35,075 nt of DNA, taken from the NCBI GenBank assembly GCA_000934665.2, contig KZ538010.1:124001-159075 (forward strand), given 5' to 3'. This DNA is from Catajapyx aquilonaris. Lineage: Eukaryota. The notes under the pieces were generated by a model. It worked only from the letters and a program-made list of their open reading frames with translations. It had not been told where the DNA came from and searched no databases. Shown piece after piece: positions 23,201 through 32,497 of this stretch (the first letter of the stretch is position 1; each line of letters starts with the position of its first letter). The position numbers were made by a program, and so were the translations under genes.

Positions 23201-26200
23201 TAGTATCTCTAATACCAGATCCCCATCCCCATCCTCCATATCAAGCACTTCTCAGTCAAGAGGCAGGCAGAGGGCTTCCCTTTCCCCATCAGTTACTTCC
23301 CGCAGCACTCTGAACTCGTGGGGACTGCTGGGGCCAGTCAAGGAAGGCCCCACTCTTACCCCGGCTGAAGAAGGGGTGATCATTAGTGGTGGACTGACCT
23401 GCATGGTGGGAAGAGGGGGCCAAGGGCATGTCCTGAAGTCCCACTGGAAAGCACAGCCTGCACATACAATGCAGCAGACAGGTTCATTTCGGCTCGCTAC
23501 GTACATAAGAGACTTTCTGGATCGGACTGATCATGTGGCTGAAGCCTGGCGGAAGCTGGGGCGAAAGGGTGGGAACAGTGCAGCTACCAAGGATTGTAAG
23601 GCAGTGAGGGGCGCATCTTTGCCCCCACTGAAGAGCTCAAGTGCAGCCGCCATACTTCTCAAGAGCTTCCAAGTGGAGCCTGGAGACATTCGGAGCCGGA
23701 GAGAGGCCAGTGAGGAATGTGGAGAGGTACAGGAATTTTCCAACAACCCCTGAGGAATTAATTAATTTTTGCTTCAATGCTAAAGTGATTTCTAAGAAGC
23801 AAGTAAATGTAGGGCCATGTCATCTTGCGGTGATAAGTCTTTCTGTCCCACCACATCCTGCCTGGGTGGGGAGGGGAAATTTGACGTGTTTTGCTTGAGG
23901 ATAGTGGGATTGCTAGAAGCTGGCTGTTCGTAGGTCTAGTGCAGCAGATTGTAGTGAGGACAACTTTTGTATCAAATTTAATGTAGATTTTTGAATTGTA
24001 AGTGGCATTTATGTTAGAAAAATCACTGGAGAGGTGTAAACTTCATCGCAGATGCATAATTATTTATATTGCGTCTGACCTGGATTTTAACTGCAGCAGA
24101 GACTTGTGGATATTGCCAGCAAGGCTTCAGGTTTGATTCGGCCTAGGATTTTATTTTTAGATTGCAAGTTCATAGCAGTTTGTGTTCACTTGTATGCAGG
24201 TGATATTTTCCATGCCAAATTGGGACCCATGGTGTTATTTCCATTTTATGACATATGAAATTTTCACATTAATTCTATTTCAAGCAGTCCTTTGTTGGTT
24301 TGCTCTCTCGGGTCTTTTGTGTCCAAATTAGGTGAACGCCCAAGGAAGGTTATTTTTTTAAATGCCAGTATTTCTTGTTATCATAGTAATGAACAGGCTG
24401 TGACAGCTAGTCTTATCAAACAACCTGGGAGGCAAATGTGATTCTAGAGGGCCTGGCCGTATTTCCTTCTTCACTCTTGTGTAGCAACTTGTTAACATTT
24501 GCTTATGCAGTTTATTTATGTGGCTAATTTTTTTACTTGCGTCCATTTTTACTATATAATTTAGGTCCTGTTGTATGAACACAAATGATGAAAAATCTAT
24601 TATTGTGGCGTCTCGGCTGGAAAAATAGGCAGTTGGAAATTTCCTCAAATTGTGTTGATACAACCAGCCTATACCAAGCCTTTTGTTACGTACCCATTGC
24701 TCATGGATAGAACTAAACAGATTTGGATTCCGGCATGCTGCCAAAGACCTTGATGATAGTAATCCTATTATGACAAATCTTCATGGAGTTATTTTGCAGA
24801 CCGTACTGCTTTTCTCTGTCCCTATATACCAGAAAGATGGAGCGATGGAAAACCCCGGAAAGAGTTGGCGACTACATCTCTTGTTCCGCTCCTGGCAGCA
24901 ATTTGGTCAGGTGCCAAGCAAATGGGGAAAAGGAGCAGACTGATTTAGCAGCAGCTCCCAAGTAACTTGACCCTTGTGGTGGCGGGTGGGAAAAGGGAAG
25001 TGTGATGCGGAAGGATTGATGAAATAGCGGTGAATGTAAACTAATGGGTCTGCTGCTAACTAGAGCCCTGCCTAGATTCGGGTATTCTTAGCTTCCAAGC
25101 TTTAGCGTTCTGTCCTGGAGGAAAGCAAGAGGTCGGTGGACTTGGCTTCTTTGTTGGCGTCCCTGTCATTGGCTGTAAATCATGATGTTGTGGGGCATGA
25201 AACTATAAACATAACCTTGACTGGAAAGAGTCATTGGCTGATAATGAGCACCAGGAGTTGAAACCGTATGCTGGCCTCGGCTTTTCCGAATTTACTGCCT
25301 ACCTTGCTACCAAATGGGAAGCAAATCCCTGATAAATATTTACATCAGAGTCAAACATACAGCAGTTATTGGGCACTTATGAGACTCGTGGAACATTTTT
25401 AGAAGATGGTGCAACCTTAGGTGTATTACTGGGACATTTGGCAGGAAATTATATGAAATATGGAATGAGGATATTGCAAAGTACACATGATTTATGATTA
25501 TTTGGCTTCTCAGGTGAGTGAATTATCAGCTGACTTGGCTGAAGAGCAATCTACTTCAACCTTGGCCAGCGAGCGGCTAGAAGCTGAAGCTGCTGAACGT
25601 ATGAGGCTGGAGAAAGATGTCCAGGATCTGCAGGCATGTTTATACACATTGCTACTAAATCGAAACGCATGATAACGTATTTGTCAAACTGTCGAAAATT
25701 TTGATGGCCTTTTTGGGCAACTGTTATGGAATAATTGGATAGCAAAACATCCTTGTAACTAAGTGAAGAAATCTTGACTGCTCTCGTGGCATTTGACAGT
25801 TAATTAAGCAAAAAACATATTGGGACTTTGCCACCACCGCGGTTTCTAAAATGGTCCTGATAAAAATGGAGTGATAAATAGCTCACACAGTCACAATCAC
25901 CATTTTTCCAGGGGCGTTTTAACTCGGCCCAGCAGGCAAATGAGAAGATGGAAACGGAGCTTCTCTATCGTCGTGCTGCTGACATGAATGGAGACTTGGC
26001 CTCAGAAGGGGAGGACGACGAGGAAGGAGGTGCCAGTGGACTTCTGCGCCAAAAGTATGAACGGGCCACCCGTGAGGTTGAATTTCTCCGCCGTCAGCTC
26101 CAGCAGCAGAAGGAAGATGACTTGGAACAGACGGTGACACTGAAGAAACAGCTGGAGAAGAAGGTTGGGGACGCCTATGAGGAGGTTGAGGAGCAAAGAC

Positions 26201-28669
26201 AGGTTGCAGCACAATGGAAGCGGAAGACACAGAAAGCAACTGGGGAGCTCAATGATGTCAGACTCATGCTTGAGGAGCAAACCTCCAGAAATGGACTGCT
26301 TGAGAAGAAGCAGAGAAAGTAAGTGGATTGTTTACATGCATCGAAGTGGAACTATTGTTGTAATTGCATTTGATTACAGGTTTGATGCAGAGTTGCAGCT
26401 GTTGCAAGAGCAAATTCGTCAAGAGCGCCAGCAGAGGGAGCAGATGGCTCGGGACAGGGATTTGGCGCAAACAGACAAGTTCACCTTGGAGCAGTCGCTT
26501 TCTGTAAGTTGAGTATGGTTGAGAAAATCATGGGATATTAGTGTCATGGAGGAAAGAGATGTTCGTAGTAGCCCACTTCCTAAAAAAATGAGTTAAAAAA
26601 AATCAATCTCAAGTGCAAAATTTTAAAAAATAACAAATTATTGTGTTTTACTGGTACGACATGTAGAATAAATAGATTATTTTTGTGCCATTCAGTCACT
26701 GAAACTTGAGGTCGAGCTGAAGGAAGAGAAGCTGAACTCCTTGACACGAGAGTTGGAAGACCTGACCTTTGGAGGCAAGACCGAGGAAGAGGTGGCCAAC
26801 TTGAAGCGGCAGAAGCACGAACTAGAGATCCGAATGAAAGACCAAGAGGAAGAACTGGATGACCTGGCAGGTCAGGTCCAGATGCTAGAGCAAGCTAAGC
26901 TGCGGCTGGAGATGATGATGGAGCAGATGCGCAAGGAGAGCCGGCGAGAAATGCAACAGAGGGAAGAAGAAGTTGAGGACGTGCGAGCTTCTGCACAGAA
27001 GAAAGTGAAGGTTTTGGAGGCACAATTGGAAGGCGAGCATGAGGAAAGAACGTTGCTGTTGAGAGAGAAGCATGAACTGGAGAGGAGGTTGGCCGAACTT
27101 CAAGAGTTGGTGGGTAGAGGAGGGGACCAGGAAACTGTAGCCAGGCTCCGGAAAGATCTTAGGAGGACCAAGGCATTGCTCAAAGATGCACAGACCATGC
27201 TGGAAAGGATGAGGAATGAGACGCCGAGTAAGGCAATTCTGCGGCAGCTCAGAAATCAGGTAAGTTGCCCTGAATTCCTGCACATGCACAAGTAAAGCAG
27301 CATGTGAAGAGATTTGACTATATTGTTCACAGTTCATTTGTGCACGTGTGGGTAATTGGATTTGCAAAGAAATTTTATGAAGGCTTGACCATCACTGAAC
27401 AACCATTTGTTCAATCCCAACAGCTGGAAGACTCGGAGTTTGCTCGCTGTGCTGCAGTAAAGGCACGCCAGAATGCCGAGCTGGAGCTCCAGGAAGTCCA
27501 GACGCAGTTGGAAGATGCACAAAGGACCAAGGCTGATGCTGAGGAGCGACTGATGCGCCTCTCCAGGGAAAAGTCAGAACTCCAATCACATCTTGATGAG
27601 AATGAAGAAGAGCTGGCAGAAGTGATGAAGAAGTACAAGGCCACTGTCCAGCAGCTGTCTGTAGACCAGATAACCCTTCAGGAGCAGTCGGTGCAGATTG
27701 CTGAGCTGGAGGCCCAGAGGAATGCCCTCAAGGAACAGCTGGCAGAGATGTCCACCAAGCTGGAGGTGCTTGAGGGCGACTCTGCCTCCTCTGCAGTACA
27801 GAAGAGGCTTGAGCTTAAGGTCAAAGAGCTGGAATCCAGGCTTGGCTTGGAGAATACAACACGTTCTAGGCAGGAGGTATGATCATACTTAATCATATTG
27901 TTCCTTTGCGTACTTATAAAAAGCACAATGTTTGGCATAAAGTGCTCACAGGCATAATCAATATTTTGGTGCTCTCCAGACCCAGGTGCACCGTCTGAAG
28001 GAGACTGTGGACAAGCTACACTTGGAATGCCAGACCATTCGTTCCAAGGAGCAGTCAGCCCTGGAAGCCAACCGTCGTCTCCAGCGCCAGCTTCGCGAGA
28101 GCAGAGAGGACCAAGCAGCATCACAGCAGAGGGAAGTTAACGCTGCCCAGCGTGCTGCACAACTAGAGAAGAGGCTGGAGACGGCCGAGGCAGAACTGGC
28201 CCTCACCAGGGGAGACATGAAGCTGGCTCTGCAGAGAATTGACGACCTGCAGACTGCCATGCAGGGTGGCTCAGATTCAGACAGTGAAGATGGGCAAGAC
28301 AGGTGAGATATCTCAATTTCATGTCAACTGCAATATTCCTTGTGCCAAATATCCATGTAATAAATCATCACCTTCAGGCCTCATCTGTCAAACACTGATT
28401 GTAATTAATAAAGCAAATGTTTCAGTGACCGAGACAGCAGTTCAGATGAATCTGTAGACAGATTTCTGGCTGGACATTCAAGTGGGATTCACGAGTTAGA
28501 TTCATCTAGCAGGTGAGTTCTACATCAACTGGTTCAGTCTCGGTTAGTGTTGGTGTGAATCGGATAATATTCATTGTCCGTTTTCAGGTCTCCTGGAAGT
28601 GAGGTGGATCTCCTTTCTCCGGAACCAGCGACAGGTGCGCAGCCAGTGGAGAAGGAATCCTTTGCATAG
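1242..28669 (+). CDS. MYO18A: Unconventional myosin class XVIII (MYO18A / Drosophila Mhcl-like), full-length PDZ isoform, 20 coding exons, 2044 aa
   Basis: join(1242..2261,4422..4580,16425..16619,16676..17063,17161..18285,18433..18595,18996..19179,19375..19530,19707..19928,20005..20133,20202..20345,21889..21978,25514..25633,25912..26318,26380..26503,26696..27259,27424..27876,27980..28302,28426..28512,28588..28669) = 6135 nt. All junctions are phase-consistent, GT-AG except one GC-AG. Motifs: KE-rich N-terminus ([22 protein letters not shown]), PDZ (GDFGFSLRR...[12 protein letters not shown]), [17 protein letters not shown]-loop [17 protein letters not shown] ([12 protein letters not shown]), WPWWRL and a long coiled coil with [25 protein letters not shown]. 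Confidence 0.95.
4422..4580 (+). CDS. MYO18A: Myosin-XVIII coding exon 2 (end of PDZ)
   Basis: ttgc[15 protein letters not shown]...RRFAKAG|GTGAGT, phase 0-0. Confidence 0.92.
12396..12410. repeat. (GT)7 microsatellite
   Basis: Direct reading. Confidence 0.8.
13225..13608 (+). CDS. MYO18A: Probable alternative first coding exon of myosin-XVIII (PDZ-less isoform), 128 aa Ser/Pro/Arg-rich
   Basis: In-frame TGA at 13192, acgATG at 13225, open frame to the phase-0 donor AAG|GTAAAA at 13609, compatible with the phase-0 acceptor at 16425. Confidence 0.65.
16425..16619 (+). CDS. MYO18A: Myosin-XVIII exon 3 (N-terminal SH3-like part of the head)
   Basis: ggc[29 protein letters not shown]...[14 protein letters not shown]. 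Confidence 0.93.
16676..17063 (+). CDS. MYO18A: Myosin-XVIII exon 4 (motor, P-loop)
   Basis: tttc[14 protein letters not shown]...[17 protein letters not shown]...GRSGSGKT; donor G|GTGAGA, phase 1. Confidence 0.95.
17161..18285 (+). CDS. MYO18A: Myosin-XVIII exon 5 (motor, switch I/II region)
   Basis: [61 protein letters not shown]; donor G|GTACGG. Confidence 0.95.
18433..18595 (+). CDS. MYO18A: Myosin-XVIII exon 6
   Basis: tttc[30 protein letters not shown]...LLHESQ CA|GTGAGT, phase 1-2. Confidence 0.92.
18996..19179 (+). CDS. MYO18A: Myosin-XVIII exon 7
   Basis: Manual translation ENISVLF...[38 protein letters not shown]. Confidence 0.92.
19375..19530 (+). CDS. MYO18A: Myosin-XVIII exon 8
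   Basis: [25 protein letters not shown]...[14 protein letters not shown]. Confidence 0.92.
19707..19928 (+). CDS. MYO18A: Myosin-XVIII exon 9
   Basis: [33 protein letters not shown]...RVGLSR|GTATGA. Confidence 0.92.
20005..20133 (+). CDS. MYO18A: Myosin-XVIII exon 10 (converter end, IQ motif)
   Basis: [16 protein letters not shown]...[24 protein letters not shown]. Confidence 0.92.
20202..20345 (+). CDS. MYO18A: Myosin-XVIII exon 11 (second IQ-like motif, neck)
   Basis: [54 protein letters not shown]. Confidence 0.92.
20394..21215. mobile_element. Non-autonomous foldback/MITE-like DNA transposon with long diverged inverted repeats (superfamily not determined)
   Basis: 20394-20539 is an imperfect reverse complement of 21060-21215 (termini CAAGGG...CCCTTG; shared core gtaagtcattcaccaaaatgcaaacc). 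A second inverted pair is at about 20634-20705 / 20760-20830 (attctaaggtgtcg / cgacaccttagaat). No clear TSD and no transposase ORF. Confidence 0.8.
21493..21666. mobile_element. Tc1/mariner (pogo/Tigger-like) MITE, 174 bp
   Basis: TA|CAGTTGACTGGCTATAAC ... GTTATATCTGGAGTCTACTG|TA: imperfect TIRs with TA target duplication and internal (G)TTATA/TATAAC sub-repeats. Confidence 0.7.
21889..21978 (+). CDS. MYO18A: Myosin-XVIII exon 12 (coiled-coil start)
   Basis: ctgc[38 protein letters not shown]. Confidence 0.9.
23034..23726 (+). CDS. MYO18A: Probable alternative first coding exon giving a motor-less, tail-only myosin-XVIII isoform (231 aa novel N-terminus)
   Basis: In-frame TAG at 23001, strong-context gcaATGG at 23034, 231 open codons, phase-0 donor GAG|GTACAG at 23727 matching the phase-0 acceptor at 25514. 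Confidence 0.7.
25514..25633 (+). CDS. MYO18A: Myosin-XVIII exon 13 (followed by a GC donor)
   Basis: ctc[48 protein letters not shown]. Confidence 0.88.
25912..26318 (+). CDS. MYO18A: Myosin-XVIII exon 14 (coiled coil)
   Basis: ttcc[20 protein letters not shown]...[18 protein letters not shown]. Confidence 0.92.
26380..26503 (+). CDS. MYO18A: Myosin-XVIII exon 15
   Basis: [11 protein letters not shown]...[14 protein letters not shown], phase 2-0. Confidence 0.92.
26696..27259 (+). CDS. MYO18A: Myosin-XVIII exon 16
   Basis: [12 protein letters not shown]...[25 protein letters not shown]...[14 protein letters not shown]. Confidence 0.93.
27424..27876 (+). CDS. MYO18A: Myosin-XVIII exon 17
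   Basis: [16 protein letters not shown]...VMKKYKA...TRSRQE|GTATGA. Confidence 0.93.
27980..28302 (+). CDS. MYO18A: Myosin-XVIII exon 18
   Basis: TQVHRLKE...[17 protein letters not shown]...DGQD AG|GTGAGA. Confidence 0.92.
28426..28512 (+). CDS. MYO18A: Myosin-XVIII exon 19 (non-helical tailpiece)
   Basis: tttc[39 protein letters not shown], phase 2-2. Confidence 0.82.
28588..28669 (+). CDS. MYO18A: Myosin-XVIII terminal coding exon 20
   Basis: tttc[29 protein letters not shown] (TAG at 28667-28669). Confidence 0.8.
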
Positions 28670-28673
28670 GTTT

Positions 28674-28694
28674 AATAATAATAATAATAATAAT
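28674..28694. repeat. (AAT)7 microsatellite at the start of the myosin-XVIII 3' UTR
   Basis: Direct reading. Confidence 0.9.
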
Positions 28695-29396
28695 TGTTGG
28701 GAGTTAGACTTCCTCTCTTTTTTTGTTACAAAAGTTTCCCACTATGTGTATATTGATATTCGTCTTGCGTGGAAAAAAAAAAGAAATGTCCAAGTGCCTC
28801 TGATGTTTAACGTACAATCCTAGTTGCAGTCCAGATTTAGGGGAAAAAAATACAAAAATGCAACAAAAAATGAAAGGCACAATCACTCTACATGTGTTTT
28901 TGCATGTTTACATTAATCGAAAAAAAAAAATACTGCAGGGAGAAGGATATTTGTTCTTGAATACATTATTATTGTGATTTATCCCCTGATATACGAATTT
29001 GACAATAACTCCACAGTACAGTACCATCCGTGGTAATCAGTAGACTGATTAGGTTTAAAACAAAAAAAAAACACGAAGTGGGGCAGAAACGAGTTAAATT
29101 CGCCAAGTTCCAGTTGCTATGCATATTTCCGTGGCGTCCATTTGTTATGTTAGAGATTGTCTTCCTACTTGTTTGTGGCAGCATATCATGTTCTAGTAGG
29201 GCATAAAAGAGACATATACCAAAGGTTATGCTTAGGTTTAAGAGAGAGGGAGGTGTAATTTATGTTGAGTATGAAATGTTAGTAGGGTGGCTGATGCTTT
29301 TTTTGTGTGTGTTTTATGCCTCTTTGTTTACTAGGCAGTAAAACTATGTGAAAATAACATATGTACACTTTGCTGTATACCATTGCCTGTGCAATG

Positions 29397-29402
29397 TTTA
29401 TT
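29397..29402 (-). promoter_or_regulatory. Candidate polyadenylation signal of the IR gene
   Basis: AATAAA on the minus strand about 255 nt downstream of the IR stop. Confidence 0.4.
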
Positions 29403-29657
29403 ATTATTGTTTAGCTTTAAGGGAGTTTTTCAGGGAACATCCGGAGCATCCCAAATCACGGATGTCACAGTTTTGGGATAACTAGAATTTTAAACAACGA
29501 GTCCTGGATTATGTACATGATTGTAAAGAAAGGGGGATTCATGTGGAGGTGCAATTATTGTGGCATGAGTGGTAAGTTACTCGTTTGCTGTATTTTTTGT
29601 TCTTCCTCCTCTTCGTGAGAACGTGCTGCAATACAAGAGTTGAGAGCGTCAGTGGCT

Positions 29658-29705
29658 TCAGTCCTTATTTGGGGTGGTCTTGGTGCACTTCTTTTTCAGG
29701 TTTAT
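29658..29705 (-). CDS. IR exon 8 (short cytoplasmic tail)
   Basis: tcttcctcAG|INLKKKCTKTTPNKD* in phase 0. Confidence 0.6.
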   Translation of the reverse strand: MNLKKKCTKTTPNKD

Positions 29706-32217
29706 CTGAGGAAGATTGAATTCCAGCATTTTAGTTGGTCCTCTAGATGCGGATAAACTTTAATGGACTTACAATACATTCGAAAATTAGTGTGGAGAGA
29801 GCCAAACCGACTCCGAAAGCAAATGTAACTAAAAGGGGCAGTGCATGACCAAAGTCCATGGGTTTGTATGCAGAGTGCAAGCATGTAGGAAGTTCTGGTC
29901 TCCACTTTGTTCTCATGCGATGCATGGCGCCTCCTTGGATCAGTTTTAAAAGGCTGTAACAGTTGAAAGATTAGAAGTAAGGAGTAACAGCGTAGCTTTC
30001 ATTGCAGAAAATACCTGTAGTCCAGCAGACTCTTGTAAGGCGAATTCTTCTGCAGACCAAATCCCATTGAGTCCATGAGCATGGCTGTGTCCAGGGCAAC
30101 AATGGCACACCTTTCATCACCCATCTGGGATTTCTGCCAGTCGACCATCATGTCTGGGGCCACAAAGGCATACCTTCCTTCAAGCACATAAATGAGCCCC
30201 TCGTACACAGACTCCACCAGGTTTCTTTTGGGGTTCCTGAGTACCACTTCCTTCCACAGGCGTTGCATGAGCGAGCCGTTTGGGGCACGCTCAAACTCTG
30301 TCTTGGCAAAGTCGTTGCTCTGCAAGCCCAGTCCCCAGCCAGTGGATTTGCTAGCCAGGAGTTCCTCCACACTGTGTATGGGCATGGTGGTTGTCTCGAC
30401 AGTCAGGAAGGAAACCAGTTTGGCCGAGTAGGATATGAAGGCCACCAGGAACAGGACGCAGCCACTCCAGAAGCTGATGCGGCCAGGAGTGCTGCTCGGT
30501 GGGTCTGGGATGCCTTCAGAGAGCATTACAACACAGGCCAGTTTCAGGTGGAAAACAGACGCACCATATTGAAAAAGAATCTACCATACCTTGCTGCAGG
30601 ACCATGCAGAGGACCATCCAAAAGGCATCTCGCCTGGAAATCTCCTGGGGATGAACAATGCTGACCAGACATAGCACCAGGGTGACGAGGGGCATGGCCA
30701 CAAGCATTGCCACCCACAAGGAAACAGCCAGTGGGGCAGTGAATCCCACTGCCCCATGGCTTAACCCCGATCCCTGGTTACCCAACTTCACGTAAACCCT
30801 TTGACCAGTGGTCAGCACAGGCATGGTGTAGTCAATGACCTGACTACGTTCCTCCCCAATTGATAGCTCTGATGCTGTTATGTCTGCTTCCCGCCGCTGG
30901 AGGGTGCCCACCATTCCAGCCCAAGTCACCCCGTCCTCTTTGAGGTCACCGAAGATCCTGTCTTTTTGGTACTTGAGCTCGTATCTGTTGTCGGAGTAGG
31001 ATGTTTACCAGAGGTCATTAATATTGCTAAAAAATTGCAATCATTCTCCAGAGCAGCATAGTCGCATAAGCACAGCAGCATAAGTCCATACAAAGTTTCA
31101 GATGACAGTACTTACGTGAAGTTCAACATGTCTTGAAGGGCAAAAAGCACTTCTCCAAACAATCCTCCAGTAATAACCAATTGGCCACTAACATTCCCAA
31201 GAGTGGACCAAAACGGATACACACCCTGTGAGGAGAGATATGCGTTAGATCAGTGGTTCCCAAACTTTTTGTTGCAAAAGTGTCATGTTACGCTTTGGCA
31301 CAGTTTGGGAACCGCTGCCTTAGATTCATATCCCACCATGTGTGTTGTCCCCTTTGCATACCCCAATTCCAATTGCTTGGAGTGTATGTCCCTGAAGGTT
31401 GCTGCGTCTGTCATACTTGTCTGCAAGAGAAAGCTTGAATTTTCTTCTGTCTTGGAGGCTCCAGGTTTCCAACTGGTGATGTGTCAGTGACGCATCGACA
31501 CCAACCTTGTATACTTCTTCAAGCTATTGTGCAATAGAAATCAATCACCTGGTGAATTTAGGATGACCACTGCAACTCACCATCACTGTTCCATTTCTGA
31601 AGACGGACCCAACTCGAACATCATTGTCCACATAAAGCTCCAACTTTGACAAGGTGTGGTGAAACTGTTCCGTTTCCTTGACTTCCGTCAGCATAAGCCA
31701 GAAACGGCCTTCAAAAAAAAGGGTCCCATTTTTGGGCATGTTCAGTAAGTTTCTCTCTGTCACTCCAAACGTGTCATCTGTGGTCACAATGAGTGTGTTG
31801 AAGTCAGGCTCAAACGTCACATTGGGACGCAGGACTGACAGATGCAGATGAGGTACTGCTGCCAAGGAACGTGCCAGTGACGAGGTCGACGATCCAGGTA
31901 TACCCGGCAAGCCTGGTTGACACATTTCCCAAATAAATTATTAAGTAGTGTCTTGAGAAATGCAATGTCGCGTAAGGTATGTTGAAGCCCATGCATACTT
32001 AAACACCTACACTGTTACAACATGGCACAGGATACTCCTTATAAGACGCACCTGTATTGCAGCAGAACAAAATAATTGTGTCCATCTTGGCTGCTCTCCT
32101 GTAATCCAACAAGAATTGGACAAACCATGGTATGCCATCATCCCCAGCAGCTGGGGTGCAAACCAGAAGCAAGAGGAAGGCATTTAGTACATCTATGCAG
32201 CAGCACTGGACATGCAT
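29658..32217 (-). CDS. Variant ionotropic glutamate receptor (chemosensory IR family), 8 exons, 630 aa
   Basis: complement(join(32052..32217,31581..31912,31362..31523,31116..31225,30590..30984,30015..30513,29773..29953,29658..29705)) = 1893 nt, all GT-AG and phase-consistent. Hydrophobic signal peptide, short N-terminus without a full ATD, RRSNLQG, MLNFTYEL, WAGMVGTLQRREADI, EERSQVIDYT (S1), M1, pore loop MVLQQG, M3 FISYSAKLVSFLTV, S2 GFGLQKNSPYK, M4 ending IFECI. If the last intron is not spliced the protein ends at 29743. Confidence 0.9.
29773..29953 (-). CDS. IR exon 7 (end of S2, M4)
   Basis: LLKLIQGGAMHRMRTKW...LLVTFAFGVGLALSTLIFECI|GTAAGT. Confidence 0.88.
30015..30513 (-). CDS. IR exon 6 (M3, S2)
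   Basis: GRISFWSG...SYSAKLVSFLTV...GFGLQKNSPYKSLLDY AG|GTATTT. Confidence 0.92.
30590..30984 (-). CDS. IR exon 5 (S1, M1, pore loop)
   Basis: YELKYQKDRIFGD...WAGMVGTLQRREADI...MVLQQ G|GTATGG. Confidence 0.92.
31116..31225 (-). CDS. IR exon 4
   Basis: GVYPFWS...GGLFGEVLFALQDMLNF AC|GTAAGT. Confidence 0.87.
31251..31317. mobile_element. hAT (Charlie-like) MITE, 67 bp, in IR intron 3
   Basis: TIRs CAGTGGTTCCCAAACT / AGTTTGGGAACCGCTG (15/16). 8-bp TSD cgttagat (31243-31250) / ccttagat (31318-31325), 7/8 identical. Confidence 0.85.
31362..31523 (-). CDS. IR exon 3
   Basis: LEEVYKVG...KYDRRSNLQGHTLQAIGIG|GTATGC. Confidence 0.85.
31581..31912 (-). CDS. IR exon 2
   Basis: caaccAG|GC...FFEGRFWLML...SKLELYVDNDVRVG...TVM|GTGAGT. 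Confidence 0.8.
32052..32217 (-). CDS. IR exon 1 (signal peptide)
   Basis: MHVQCCCIDVLNAFLLLLVCTPAAG...FCCNT G|GTGCGT, phase 1. Confidence 0.72.
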
Positions 32218-32475
32218 GACTGACCCTCAGCAATCACTGTCATCTCGACCGGTTTTGCAAAACCCCCATGAGTTATTAAAGATGGTTTATCGGGTTTTGT
32301 GTCGCCACACCAACAAAAGAAAATTGGCACACGCATAAATATCGAAGACACTGGACGTCAATACGTTAACGCCAAGTGACAAGCTGACAAAATCTGCATG
32401 CAACAGTTAAAAACTTACTTCATGGGACTTGACGTTTTTTGAAAGAAAAATGCAGGTGTTCAATGTCAAGTCATA

Positions 32476-32485
32476 TTTATTTATT
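32476..32485 (-). promoter_or_regulatory. RpL6 polyadenylation signal (overlapping AATAAA x2)
   Basis: + strand tttatttatt, 13-22 nt downstream of the RpL6 stop. Confidence 0.75.
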
Positions 32486-32497
32486 TTCCCACAGGCT

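Noticed and set aside
22655..23203. 182-aa ORF overlapping the internal first exon in another frame
   Set aside because: GTG start, no in-phase donor; better explained as 5' UTR plus an alternate frame of the 23034 exon
26885..28260. Long minus-strand ORFs
   Set aside because: Antisense shadows of coiled-coil exons of myosin-18
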